Source of the DNA: Octopus bimaculoides | Taxonomy: Eukaryota | Assembly (NCBI RefSeq): GCF_001194135.2 | Contig: NC_068989.1 | Location: 96,619,311 to 96,683,310, forward strand | DNA: 64,000 bases | Reading direction: 5' to 3' | In this document: positions 52,601 through 64,000 of the stretch, piece after piece | How positions within the stretch are numbered: position 1 is the stretch's first letter | Layout: each line of letters starts with the position of its first letter | The notes under the pieces: generated by a model | Told to the model about the DNA's origin: nothing | Database searches by the model: none | The model's input: the letters and a program-made list of their open reading frames with translations, nothing else | Translations under genes and position numbers: made by a program

Positions 52601-55600
52601 GTTAAGTCAATGTTTTTCAATTTGTTTCTTGCCAACTATGCCTTGGGATGTTGTACAATTGCCATAAACTTTTCAAATAAATAGAATAGAATGTTTTGTA
52701 TTGTTATGTGTAGTCTGGTTCCAGGTCTTAATATTCTTCATGATAAAGCACAAAAGTTAAATGATGAAGTTAGATGACACCAACAATAATTTTGTGAAAA
52801 TAATGGTAATTACACATAGTATTAATGAAGCATTATTAGTTTCCAATGTCTGTCCTTTTGATCATGTGTTTCAGTTCTAGTAACTGAAGAACTCTCCATT
52901 TCAATCCTTTTGGAGTTCCTTTCACGGAAAGGCATATTACAAATATTCCTGCCATAGAGTTTCCAAAAGTAAAACAATAAATAAACACAGTAGATTATCT
53001 TAATCAGTAGATTACCCTAATCAAACAGAAACTGGTTTTGCATTAGGATGTATTATCCCTTAAGAATTTACTATTAACCCATCCAACTTGTGTCTCTTTT
53101 TAGATATTATTAATGTGGCTATGGTAAATTTTGAAGAAGGCAGCTTCTTCTGCTCGCTGATAACATTTTGACTCAGGTTTTAATCCTGACAAAGATTTTC
53201 TTAATATGCTTAAAATAGAAATGTTGCATTTCCTTTAAATATTTTATTTCTAAGAACATCATGATTCCTTTCCTCAAAACACCAAGCACATAATAATGAC
53301 CCCTGTGAGCTCATAATACTTCCAAGGGTGCTACACTCATCTTAAAAACCACTCTGCTACAGTAATGATGCTATATTTCAAATGAAAGACAATGTCTAGG
53401 GGTTTTTTTTTTTTTTATGTTGAGAAAATCAAGAAATTAAAGGAATTAGTAAAATAATTTTCTCAATTAAACATAAAAATTAAATTTTCAGTGAAATTAG
53501 TTCTTATTTCTTGAAAATATCTTCTTTTTTTTTTACTTAGGAAAGTCACCAAAAATTGCTGCTAGATTTTGTTTTCCATTCTCCAACTAGGAAGCAAGTT
53601 TGGATTCATTGAGAATCATTTGCATCTGTCATTCAATACATTGGTACCTCCCTAAATATTTAGTAATTAATAAGTTACTGTTTGGAACATAATTTAACAA
53701 AAGAGATTCTAACACTAAAATATGATAGAAAGAATTAATGTGAGTGCAAAACCTTTAAAATGAACTAAGGGTAGTTTCAAGTGGATTGGTATGAAAAAGA
53801 GTTAAATCTGTTCATTTTTTGAAGATTCTTCATTTAGTCTGGAGGGAGGGTAGAGCTTAGGATTGCATAAAGGATCTCCAAGACTGATAGGAATGGTGGA
53901 AGGAAGAAAGTCTTCTCAAACCAGAGACCTTGCTTGAATGCTTGTTACTGAGTTGGGCTCTGCTTATGGTTACCCATAGGCCAATCAGTGGTGTTAAACT
54001 GATTGAAATATTCACTCTACCCAATGTATTGATTTGAAGATGCCCCATCACGAAGAGAGCTCCTCCAACCGTCAAATGCAACTAGAAAATATCTTTTAAC
54101 CAGGCTTTGCTTTTCTTTTTTTTTTTTTTTTTTCATTCAGTCTCATTTGGNNNNNNNNNNAGTTCTGTAGAGCAAAAGAAATGTCAGATCTTTAGCTCAG
54201 TACTTTGACTTACTGAGCTAATATCTAAGAGCAACACAAATTACTATGAAGTGGAAGTTTTATTTACTACTTATTATCTACCAAACATCTAATTCAAGCT
54301 GCATTATTGGTGTTTTACCTTTCTCCCTTTTCCTCTCCTCTTTCTATTGGGGTTGTATTCTTTTCAGATTTGTTAATACTTTCTTTACTGTGAACTTCAA
54401 TTTTCATTATTTTTATTTCTATCATTTTCCTGTTTTTCTTCATCTTTGTATTTCTTGTTTTATTTATTTATTGCCAGTTTTCAATCTGGCTTCTACCATT
54501 TCTGTATATTTCAGAATTTTGTGGTTTGATTACTTGATTACTTCAAGTATTTCTCTCTGTCTCAAGTGATATCAAAAAAAAAAAAATTTGATTTTTTATT
54601 GTTGCGTTTCTAATACTTTATGCTTTGGGTTTATGTTTTTTTTCCTTTTTCGATAATATTGTTTCAAAACGATTATTAACCCATAAAAAATATTAAGTAG
54701 ATTCATGTAATCTTTTGTTTATTGTTGTCTATTTGAAATGACTGATATCTCTCACATGATGTGGTAAAAACCTGTTGCATAGAAATCTGTTTTTCACTCT
54801 GAGAAGCCTAACTCTCATTAAAGAAAAGCCTGTAGAAAATTAACAGATGCTATTTCCTTGGAATGAGGCACCGGGGAATAACACTCATAATAATATTACA
54901 AAAACTAATTGTATCGGTTCATTGGTTGTTAAGGGAAGGACATCATGCCACAAATAACTGTGCTTTCTTTCTTCTTTTTTTTCTCTGAAGCAAATTTAAG
55001 TTTGATGGAAAGTAGTATATCATATAATTTGGATGCATTTATTTTATTTAATTTTCTATTCTTCTTTGTTTCAACTATAAAGTCCTTAATATTCATTGTA
55101 TAACTGCTATTGCAATTCTCTTCAGTACAAAGCAACTAAGGCTTTATCAATTGCACTATATCATTTCATTAAGAAAATATTTTGGCCAAGAGAAAGTTAG
55201 GAAAGCTCTATGATGCATGCAATTAGGAAGAAGCTTTTTTTTTAAAATTCTTAGTTGTGTAGAAAGAATGACAGAGACAAGTAAATGTAATTTTAAATTT
55301 ATATATAAATTAATAAGAACACTCCAATGTTAATTTTTTTCCCTGCAGAAATAACCATTGTAACTGCAGGTGCACTACAGCTGCAGTTATTTCATAGACT
55401 AAGTCTTAGGTTGTTATAAGAAGAATAATGTGGTTTGTTGTGTAGTATCTACCATGTCATTGCCATCATCAGTTTAAGCTGAATCATGGCTCTCAACCTG
55501 AAAATAAATATGCCAACTTCCAAACCTTATTCTCATATTTTTTAAACTGAAGGATGCATATTACTTCCTTGGGAGCATTTTTTAAACAGGCACAAATCTT

Positions 55601-56009
55601 CATATTATAATTTATTTATAATTTTTTTTGGGGGGAAGGGGCAGTGTGCATGGTCTCTGCATACCCTGTGAGGCCTGTCAGTTGATGCCATTCATTTTCC
55701 ATTGAAATTGTTACAGATCAAAGACATGAACAAGAAGCAGATTCCTGAGAGCTGAGGTTTTGGAGAGGAAGGACAAGGAATAATAGTTAAGGCAAAGCCA
55801 GGGAGGAGGAGGGGATGTTAGATACAACAAGGATAATAAAAGGTGGAGGAGTAGGTTGAGAGGACAAGTGGGTGATGTAAATGAAACTTGTAACTGACAC
55901 CTGGATTGCCAGATCAATTTCAATTTTTGTAAAGCTGCAGGTTGTATTAGAAAAGATTTACTTTTGCTGACAATTAAACATTTTAAATAGAAAGTAGCCC
56001 ACATTAAAT

Positions 56010-56545
56010 TCATCATCATCATCGTTTAACGTCTGCTTTCCATGCTAGCATGAGTTGGACGATTTGACTGAGGACTGGCGAACCAGATGGCTGCACCAGG
56101 CTCCAATCTGATCTGGCAGAGTTTCTACAGCTGGATGTCCTTCCTAACGCCAACCACTCTGAGAGTGTAGTGGATGCTTTTACGTGCCACTGGCACGAGG
56201 GCCAGTCAGGCGGTACTGGCAACAGCCACGCTCAGATGGTGTTTTTTACTTGCCACCTGCACAGGAGCCTGTCCGGCGGCACTGGCAACGACCTCGCTCA
56301 AATGTTTTTTCACATGCCACCAGCACAAGTGCCAGTAAGGCAACGCTGGCAACGATCATGCTCAGATGGTGCTGTTAGCGCTCCATTGGCACAGGTGCCA
56401 GTCAACAAATTTGATTCGATTTTGATTTCACTTGCCTCAATAAGTCTTCACAAGCAGGGTTTTGTGTCCTAAGTGGGCTGGCTACACCTCTGGCAAAGGC
56501 CACGGGTTATGGTCTCACTTGGCTTGCCGGGTCTTCTCATGCACA
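56010..56545 (-). mobile_element. RTE-LINE 3' end with about 3.5 internal ~65-bp subrepeats
   Basis: (CAT)n tail, conserved UTR, repeated tgccac..gcac..gccagtc..ctggcaac units, then the end of the ORF (cttgccgggtcttctc). Confidence 0.85.
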
Positions 56546-57469
56546 GCAGTGTTGTTTCAGAAAATTATAAATAAATACTTCGTTTTTTACAAATTAAACA
56601 TTTTATATATTTTCTACCATATTCATTTTATCTTTTGGATCTTCCAAACTTCATATTTCAAAGTTTGATTCTTATCATAAGAGTAAGAGAAAAAAACAAA
56701 GAAATTTCTTATACAAATAGGCTGTTGTGCTATATTTGGAGATTCTTTGCACTAAATAACCTAGACTTTCTCCCTCTCTCTCTCTCCCTCTCTCTCTCTC
56801 CCTCTCTCTCTCTCCCTCTCTCTCTCATCATCGTTGTTGTTATCTACGTTTAATGACAATTTGTGTGCAATATTTCAGCTGTTCCATTTTTATTCTATTT
56901 ATATATTTATATGTTTATTTAGTTATTGGAAATGTAAAACAATACCTAAATGATTCCATATTGAGATTTTAGTCTTATCTAATGCCAAAAGGTTTTTACT
57001 TTACGAGTTCTTCCTTTTCCATTTCTGTTATTCTTTCGCTTTTGAGTGTAGACTTCACAGAGGAAGAACAAAAAGAAAAGAAAGAGAAAAACAAATACTT
57101 GTACTGCAAACATATTCATGCAGCAGCTTCAATAAAAAAAGACAGGAACTAAAAACCATTACACACACACACAATGTGTACCATACGTCTTAAGACACCA
57201 TTTTTCTTCACTATACTTTTGAAAAATTTGACAGGTTTATGAGCCACATGTTAGTTCATTGCAAAGCTTTTCATTTTTTGTTACTTTTTTTTGTAATATA
57301 GTATTAAAAATTTTTTCTTGTTAATATTTTCACCTACACTATAGTACATTTATACTTCTGTATAGAAAAATGAGATATCTCACAGAGATTTTTGTGGAAT
57401 AATGACAATTTGTTTTTTTTTAACATGCAAATTTCTTTTAGAAATTTCCCCGGGGGGAAATGTTTCAAC

Positions 57470-57812
57470 CAGTGCCATGGTAAAAGGGAAAGAGCCCCTT
57501 CGGTCATGAATGACCATGGAATTGTACTTAGAAAATTTCCATCCAAGGCACAAGTCCAGGTAAGGTTGTTTATGAAAGACCAGCAGTCGTCCGTACAAAC
57601 CAACCTCTCTCCTTTCCAAACCACCAATGTTATTATCTAAAGGAAGGCAAAGCCCAATACAGTTTGGTTACAGCTCACTACTACAGCTGAATGAACTGGA
57701 GCAACATGGAAAATAATATGTCTTGCTCAAGAACAGAACACACAGCCTGATTCAGGAATCAAACTCACTACCTCTTGACTGTGAGTGCAACATTCTAACC
57801 AGTGAGCCGTAG
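57470..57812 (-). mobile_element. tRNA-like SINE, family C
   Basis: The reverse strand begins ..ggctcactggttagaatgttgcactcacagtcaagaggtagtgagtttgattcctgaatc (tRNA-like head), followed by ..ttcttgagcaagac.. body. Confidence 0.7.
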
Positions 57813-58114
57813 GTGTTTAGGGTAAATCCCAGCTGTTTGCTCTTGAAACCCATCTGCTTACTCCATTATTACAAGCAATATGGATCCATTATTATTGCTG
57901 TATGTAAACCAAGTTGCAAATATCGGAATTGAGATTATGGGAATATTATTTGCAGAGTTGTTCAATAGACAAAAAAGGGAAATGGAAAAATGTTGGCATT
58001 GTTTATTCTTCATTACAGGTGTTTCGTTTTCTAATAGGCATCACAATGAAGCTTTGTGATTCCTATTAGAATGTGAAACACATATAATGGAAAATAAATA
58101 GTACCCCAAAATTT

Positions 58115-58194
58115 GGCATCTTAGGCAAGTGTCTTCTACTACAGCCTCGGGCTGACCAAAGCCTTGTGAGTGGATTTGGTAGACAGAAACTGAA

Positions 58195-58233
<39 letters not shown>

Positions 58234-58430
58234 GTGTATGTGTTTGTGTATCTGTGTTTGTTCCCCCAACATCGCTTGACAACATCCCCATAACTTAATG
58301 GTTCGGTAAAAAAAGGCCAATAGAATAAGTACTAGGCTTACAAAGAATAAGTCTTGGGATCGATTTACTCAACTAAAGGTGGTGCTCCAGCATGGCCGCA
58401 GCGAAATGACAAACAAGTAAAAGAATAAAG

Positions 58431-58432
<2 letters not shown>
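58115..58432 (+). mobile_element. SINE family A, 5'-truncated
   Basis: ggcaagtgtcttctactacagcctcgggctgaccaaagcc..ccagcatggccgcag..gtaaaagaataaagaa. Confidence 0.85.
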
Positions 58433-58463
<31 letters not shown>

Positions 58464-58465
<2 letters not shown>

Positions 58466-58870
58466 TTTATATCTTTTATATTTCACTTGTTTCAATCAGC
58501 AGGCTGTGGCCATGCTGGAGCCTTGAAGAATTTTACTTGAATGAATTGACCCCGGAAGTTATTTTTTAAAGACTGGTGCTTATTTTTTCAATCTCACTTG
58601 CTGAACTGCTAAGTTACAGGAACATAAACATACCAGACCAGTTGTCAAGTGATGGTGGGGGGGATAGACTGGGACACAAAGACACACACATACATACACA
58701 CCCACACACACATACATACACACAATGGGTTTCTTTCACTTTCCATTGACCAAATTCACTCACAAAACTTTGGTTGGTCTCTGTTTATAATAGAAGACAC
58801 TTGCCCATGGTGCCATGCAGTGAGGCTGAATCTAGAACCATGTAGTTGGGAAGCAACCTTCTTGCCACGC
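58464..58870 (-). mobile_element. SINE family A, opposite orientation
   Basis: The reverse complement reads ..gttgcttcccaactacatggttc..ggcaagtgtcttcta..ccagcatggccacag..gaaacaagtgaaatataaaag. Confidence 0.85.
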
Positions 58871-59443
58871 ATCATTATTACCATTATCATTTTAGCATTT
58901 ACCTTTCTATGCACAATTAGTAAATTATTCTTCTTTTAATCACCTGAAGCCTTTAGCCATGACTCAGTGAGTTCTGCATGTGCACGCTTCTTCAGAAAGC
59001 TGCTTGTCTGGAAAAGGCATGAATGCCACAACCTCTCATTTCGTATTTCTTCATACTTCATCAAATATAGATCTTTTGATCCTACTTAGAACAAAATAAA
59101 AGCCACAATCTATCTTAGAATTCCAGCATCAATATCAATGTGAAATAGTTATAAAGTCTGCTGATTCTTTTACAGGAAAAAGTGATTAAATAGTTATATA
59201 ATTGACTGCATTCTTTCTTCATACTAAGTAAAGTCAATATAGAAGAGATTAGTTGTGAATGGCAATTAATTCTCTTCTATCTGTACAATCTTTGCTAGAT
59301 CCACTTACTTGCAATGGAAAAATATGCTAAGTTTTCTTTGGAACATATAACTCAATTGTATTTAGGAGATTATTCAATAATGATTTCTTTCTTTTAGACT
59401 TCTCTGCTAATTTCTTTTTTCTCTGTCTATGTCTCTGTCTCAC

Positions 59444-59478
<35 letters not shown>

Positions 59479-59699
59479 TGCTTAAAAAGGAAAAAAATTA
59501 GCCATATATATACATATATATATATATGGCTAACTTTTGCTTTCTAACTTCTATAGAATTGCTTATTCTACTATTCTTAAAAATTATAATGACTGATTTA
59601 ACATTTTTCTTCTCATACACCCTCCAACAACTTTCATCTTTTTTCTTAAATTTCCTGTCTCTGTTACACCCCAGCACCTCACCCACCCCACTTCAAAAG

Positions 59700-59920
59700 A
59701 CGCTATTTGTCCTATAGTTGCTTTCTGGTAGCCTTCCTTTGCTTATTGTCCTCATATACATGCTTTGTATTGCCCTATAGTTGCTTGCTGTCATCTTGTA
59801 CTTGCTTGCTATTGTCCTACAATTGCTTTTTATTGTCTTATTTTGCTTACTGTTGTCTTAGAATTGCTGTTTGTTATTCTGTTCTTATTGACCATTACTT
59901 GTTAGTTGCTGGCAGTAATT
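59700..59920. repeat. Degenerate ~21-bp minisatellite
   Basis: tgcttattgtcctcatataca / tgctttgtattgccctatagt / tgcttgctgtcatcttgtact / tgcttgctattgtcctacaat. A 7-aa periodicity is visible in ORF 59707-59994. Confidence 0.7.
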
Positions 59921-60057
59921 CTAATTATCAAACTCAAATGACAGGAAGATTAAGATGCTGGATTACTTATGACAAATGTTGTGTTCCTGAGTGAGTGAGG
60001 CCCATAACTTTGCTTCATTCAGGTTAACTATCAAAACAGATTTTCCTTTTCTTCAGG

Positions 60058-60660
60058 GATAGTGATTGCCTGTGTATTGGCCTTTCCCTGAGGTGTGGCC
60101 TCCAGATCCATGAGCCTCATGAATGCCACTGCAGATCCTCTGTAGATTCTTTCGGCCTCTACCCACTGTCCTGCCATCATAGTGCTGGCTATCTTCCATG
60201 CTATCCTACCATGACAAGATCATAAAGCAGGGCCTTGACTTGACATCACAGGATTCCCTGCCCAGCTAGACCAAGGGGATGGTAAAAGGCTGGACAGTAT
60301 TACAATTTTTTCAAATTCTGTGGTGGTAGGCACCTCACCTGGGGTGCCACATATTGTAACATCTCCAGAGGCCACTTGGTGTTGTCAACTACCAGCCCAG
60401 GCTCCACTGTTCATAGGGCTGAGGAAAACAAACTGTCAAACTATTGGTCACTCACCAACAATTTATGGCTAAGCTTGTGACAGTCAAGACTTCCAACATT
60501 CTTCTCTCTCCCCCCCCCCCGATCATATCCCTGTTCACCGCTATCAGGGTGGAGATTGCTGTCTGCAAGGGCAAGCCCCGTGAGTGAGAAAGGCTGTTCG
60601 AGCACATCTCCTCTGGGGCAACGCCTTTTCTGTTTTGTTTGTTGGTGCCATGAGAAATGT
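60058..60660 (+). mobile_element. Decayed CRE-like non-LTR retrotransposon C-terminus (Zn finger plus REL endonuclease)
   Basis: LRCGLQIHEPHECHC..VDSFGLYPLSCHHSAG, PAQLDQGDGKRLDSITIF, GRHLTWGAT, AEENKLSNY, VKTSNIL and RLFEHIS parallel the CRE-type LRLG..PHxCxC..HxLSC..R.DGKRPD..WD.T..E..K..KY..ET.G pattern. Confidence 0.75.
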
Positions 60661-61528
60661 CATTCAATGACTTCATCAAAGAGTTTAATGACATCTGCTT
60701 AACTGTGCATCAAAGACTGTATCCTCACAGTGCTCTTACTGAACTGCTGACTGCTTGAAGCAAGAGTAGTGGTTGACTGTAACAAGATCAACAAGTTGTA
60801 TAAAGGAAAGGAAAAAGAAAAATTCATAGGTGCAAGCCTATGATGTGCAATTACATAGCCCACCTTGCAACCATGTGGATCCAGGTTCAGTCCCACTGTG
60901 CAGCACTTTGGTCAAGTGTCTTCTACTTCAGCATCAGGTAGAGAGAAACTGTATGGAAGCCTGTCATATATGTATGTTTGTATGTATGTATGTATGTGTA
61001 TGTAGGTGTCTTTGTGTTTTTATTTATCCCCCAAAACTTGACAAGTGGTGCTGGTTTATTTACATCCCATAACTTAGTGGTTCAACAAAAGGGCAAGAGA
61101 ATAAATATGAGACTTAAAAATTAGTACTGGGGACGATTTGTTCAATGAAACCCTCCAAAGTGGGGCCTCAGCATTGCCACAGTCCAATGACTGAAACCAA
61201 TGAGAGATAAGATGACAACCGTCTCCCTACCCATTATATATATATTCTGGGTAAATAGGGTTTTTGATTTAAGGTTTTCTTCAATCTCACGTAATACGAT
61301 TTTAGGCTTATCACCATTGATTAGAAAAAATCGTTAGTCAAAAGAACCAACGAAGAGAAACCAATTTCAAATGGGTTTCTGTCAATGTAAATTGTATATT
61401 TTTTGCATACAAACTTTATTTTGTTCAATTCTAAATCTAAACTGTCAGATGAATAGGGACATGAAACTCTGAGTAGCAGGTTTTTGTGATGTTTTTGTGA
61501 TGTTTTTGCAGCTTTAATAACAATAATA

Positions 61529-61588
<60 letters not shown>

Positions 61589-61617
61589 TATATACATATA
61601 TATATATNNNNNNNNNN

Positions 61618-61649
<32 letters not shown>

Positions 61650-61871
61650 CTCTGTGCGTGTAATATATACATGTATATACGTCTGATATGTCTGCATCAT
61701 CATCATTATCACAATCATAATTTAATGTCCGTTTTCTTTGCTGGCATGGGTTGGATGGTTTGACAGGAGATGACTAGGTAGAAGACTGCACCAGGCTCCA
61801 CTTGTCTGTTTTGGCATAGTTTTTATGGCTGGATGCCCTTCCTAACACCAACTACCTCATAGAGTGGACTG

Positions 61872-61912
<41 letters not shown>

Positions 61913-62081
61913 AATAATAATAATAACCTTGGAAATTCTTGGTGATAACTTATAGAGCCTAGCTTCATTACTGCTGGTTTCATCCCTCACCAGACAAAAC
62001 TTTGTTTTCGTGCAAGACAATTTCTCTGCATCTGAGTCCATCCGACAACCTTTGTATTTTGGTGATGTAAGTTTCAGAAAT

Positions 62082-62296
62082 ATTCTTTTCTACTCTAGGC
62101 ACAAGGCCCAAAATTTTGTGGGAGGGGCCAATCGATTAGATCAACCCGAGTACGCAACTGGTACTTAATTTATCGACCCCAAAAGGATGAAAAGCAAAGT
62201 TGACCGTGGTGGAATTTGAACTCAGAACATAAAGATAGACAAAATACCGCTAAGCATTTTGCCCAGTGTGCTAACGTTTCTGCCAGCTCACAGCCT
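62082..62296 (-). mobile_element. Full-length tRNA-like SINE, family B
   Basis: Reverse complement of the 48966 family (gagctggcagaaacgttagc..gagttcaaattccacc..gtcaactttgc). Confidence 0.85.
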
Positions 62297-62644
62297 TTAA
62301 AAATATTGACTTTACTCTCAAAATAATATTTTGAAAATAAAGTTACATTGAGGAGGGTTTTTTTTTTTTATTTTAGTCTGCAGTCGATTAGTTGCAGGTC
62401 AACATTGGTTTAGAAGACCTGTTCAAAAAGTTGTTCCATCAGTGACCATCTCCACTAAATATTCAGGTGGGGCATATGTTAGACAAGAGCAATTTTTGCA
62501 ATGGCCATGCAGTAGGTTTTCATTTACTCAAAGACATTTCAGTTTTCTGTTTACCATTTTTTTTTTCTTATGTCAAAATCCTTACAATTAGTTTTGGGAG
62601 GTGAAAGAAAAGGAGAAGGAGGACAGTAGTGAGAATTATTCTTG

Positions 62645-62960
62645 TAGAGATGATGATGATGATGGTGGTGGTGGTGGTGATAGAAATAATGGTGTGATGA
62701 CAATAGTAGAGGTTAAGTTGGTGGTGGTGATGGTGATGATAATAGAAATAGTAGTGTTATATTGGTAATGGTGACGCTGTTAGTGATGGTTGGTGGCAGC
62801 AATGGTGGTTGTGGTACAATAATGGCTTTGGTGGTGGCAGTGATGGTGCTGAGGGGTTGCACTTTCAGAAATATTTGTAATTATCACCTTTATTACCAGA
62901 ATTGCAATAACAAGTCACATTTACCATTACAATAACAGCAACAACAATAACTGCAATAAC
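62645..62960. repeat. Degenerate (GAT/GGT)n low-complexity tract
   Basis: Direct inspection. Confidence 0.8.
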
Positions 62961-63364
62961 CAGCCATTTTGCTGAAACATCAATGAGAAAGTTCCGGACT
63001 TAAAGTCTACCTTAATAGGCCCAAAGAGCTAATTAATGAACGTGGCTGCCAGATTTTGTAATTTTACTGTGTCATAATTAACTAAAGAGGTTAAGGTTAA
63101 TCAGACTGCAAGAAAAGTAATTCGATGTAAGAAAAGAAATTTCAGAAATATTTGGTTATTATTAGTCTTAGATTTACTTTGATTGGTAAAAGGTCTTTGA
63201 GAGATTCTTATTTAAAAGAAAAATTCTATCAATTTTTATGGCCATCGAATTTAGAAGATTGTTGCTGTATGGTTCCAGGTTCGATCCTATTGCACAGCAA
63301 ACACTTGAGGCAATATTTTGTGAATGGAAATTGCATAAAGCTTTATTTTGTATGTATGCATACA

Positions 63365-63850
63365 TATATCATCATCATCATCGTTTAACGTCTGCTTTCC
63401 ATGCTAGCATGGGTTGGACGATTTAACTGAGGACTGGCGAACTAGATGGCTACACCAGTCTCAAACCTGATTTGGCAGAGTTTCTACAGCTGGATGCTCT
63501 TCCTAACGCCAACCACTCCGAGAGTGTAGTGGGTACTTTTACATGCCATTGGCACGAGAGCCAGTCAGGCGGTACTGGCAACAGCCACGCTCAAAATAGT
63601 GCTTTTTACATGCCTCCTGCACAGGAGCCAGTCCGGTGGCACTGGGAACAACCTCACTCGAATGCTTTTTCCCGTTCCACTCGCACAAGTGGCAGTAAGG
63701 CGACACCAGTAATGATCCCACTCAAATGGTGCTATTTATGTGCCACTGGCACGGAAGCCAGACAGCTGTTCTGGCAATGATCATGCTCGGACGGTGCTGT
63801 TAGCGTTCCACTGGCACAAGTGCCAGTCATTGAATTTGGTTCGATTTCGT
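63365..63850 (-). mobile_element. RTE-LINE 3' UTR/tail with about 4.5 internal ~65-bp subrepeats
   Basis: Same structure as 56010-56545 with one additional unit. Confidence 0.85.
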
Positions 63851-64000
63851 CCTTTAATGTTTATCTTCTTTGCTGGCAAGAGTTGGATGCTCTGACAAAA
63901 TCCAGTCAGCCACAGGGATGCATCATGCTTCATGTCAGCTTTGGCATGGTTTCTATGAGCTCTTGCACATTTTATTACGGTATTTCCATCTCTAAAGAAA

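Noticed and set aside
53857-54081. 74-aa minus ORF after a weak acceptor
   Set aside because: No donor, no homology recognised, and it lies next to a gap.

Overview
AT-rich, repeat-dense eukaryotic DNA from a draft assembly with nine N gaps. The SINE/LINE and microsatellite landscape looks like an octopod cephalopod, which is an inference from family resemblance and not a database result. Only two host coding exons are clearly supported, both on +: a 95-bp PSMA6 (proteasome alpha-6) internal exon at 1721-1815 and a 70-bp THUMPD3-like tRNA methyltransferase exon at 12246-12315. I could not find any other exon of either gene in the window. The rest is mostly decayed transposons (mariner, piggyBac plus a TTAA MITE, maT/DD37D, Helitron, Penelope-like, RTE, R4/Dong-like and CRE-like LINEs, tRNA-like SINEs) and simple repeats. 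A CpG-retaining, repeat-poor region near 50.6-52.6 kb looks like a promoter. Almost all other ORFs in the track are microsatellite or TE artefacts. No rRNA, true tRNA or CRISPR was seen, and nothing here is a convincing new biological system. The best leads are the two orphan same-strand exons, a Helitron junction with permuted domain order, several inverted repeats that could form dsRNA, and the putative promoter. Most TE boundaries are approximate (about +/-20 bp).
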